NCBI RefSeq assembly: GCF_001194135.2
Contig: NC_069000.1
Span: 42,097,685 to 42,132,262 of the forward strand
Length of the DNA: 34,578 nucleotides
Direction of reading: 5' to 3'
Source of the DNA: Octopus bimaculoides
Taxonomy: Eukaryota
The translations under genes and the position numbers were made by a program. Every line of letters begins with the position of its first letter. Position 1 is the first letter of the stretch. Under the pieces are notes generated by a model that saw nothing but the letters and a program-made list of their open reading frames with translations, was not told the origin of the DNA and did no database searches. Shown piece after piece: positions 33,605-34,578 of this stretch.

Positions 33605-33835
33605 AATTGGTGGTGATGTTGGTGGTAGCAGCAGTAGTAGTGGTGGTGACGGTGGTGGCGTTTGTGGTGGTGGTGGCGTTTGTGGTGGTGGTGGCAGCGA
33701 CGGCGGCAGTGGTAGTGGAGGCGGTGATGGTGGTGATGCTGGTGCTGCTGCTTATGAGAATGAATATGATGACAGCGACGACGACGATGATGATGATGAC
33801 AATGATGATACTGAAGATGACGACGACGATGACGA
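33605..33835. repeat. Compound (GGT)n/(GAT)n/(GAC)n trinucleotide repeat
   Basis: Direct reading; explains the low-complexity ORFs in three frames. Confidence 0.9.
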
Positions 33836-34187
33836 AAGGCCACGAAGCACTCAAGAGCTGCGAACAGAAATGGACGATTTCTTGCAATGTAACCTGACTG
33901 CAACGAAGTCCCCCTTGCACCATTCGCACAACTCACATTAAAGCTTTTAATGAAGTCAGGTAACTCGGCACAGATCCAAACTTCTTCCTACCAACTTGTT
34001 TGTTCAGCCATGATGCTTATATTGTTATTATCAAAGTGATCATGGAAAGATTTTATACATTAAACNNNNNNNNNNNNNNNNNNNNNNNNNNNNNNNNNNN
34101 NNNNNNNNNNNNNNNNNNNNNNNNNNNNNNNNNNNNNNNNNNNNNNNNNNNNNNNNNNNNNNNNNNNNNNNNNNNNNNNNNNNNNNN

Positions 34188-34225
<38 letters not shown>

Positions 34226-34536
34226 ATATGTATATATGTATGTCTGGCGATATGTGCTTGCATTTATAAATGCATGAAGAGATGTATATATACATGTATG
34301 AAGGCATGTATGTATAGGTGTATGTATAGCTGTATTTATACATGTGTGAAGACGTATGTAAAGAAGTATATGTACATGTATGTATGTATATATATATATA
34401 TACGTATATACACACATATATACATATATATATATACATACATACATATATATATATATATGTACATACATACATATATATATATGTACATACATACATA
34501 TATATATATATGTACATACATACATATATATATATG

Positions 34537-34578
<42 letters not shown>

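Noticed and set aside
33582-33936. His-, Thr- and Val-rich ORFs on both strands
   Set aside because: Produced by a compound trinucleotide repeat.

Overview
AT-rich, microsatellite- and gap-rich animal genomic DNA; the repeat content suggests an octopod cephalopod (inference). One gene dominates: a divergent inositol 1,4,5-trisphosphate receptor-like (ITPR) gene on the minus strand. I traced 15 GT-AG exons (about 1.5 kb, about 500 codons, 29126 down to 10913) covering the suppressor/beta-trefoil, MIR and RIH (armadillo) regions. One exon is cut by an N-gap and one is inferred to be hidden in a gap; the N-terminal and downstream exons were not found. Introns hold tRNA-derived SINEs, several MITE/foldback elements (mariner-, piggyBac-, Tigger- and Kolobok-like), and Penelope-like and R4/Dong-like retroelement remnants. 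The most unusual signal is a repeated ~450-bp foldback element: a tRNA-like Pol III head (A and B boxes) flanked by two inverted arms, each carrying a minimal type-I hammerhead ribozyme motif of the Penelope type, plus a related single-arm version. Almost all ORFs in the supplied track are microsatellite or N-gap artefacts.
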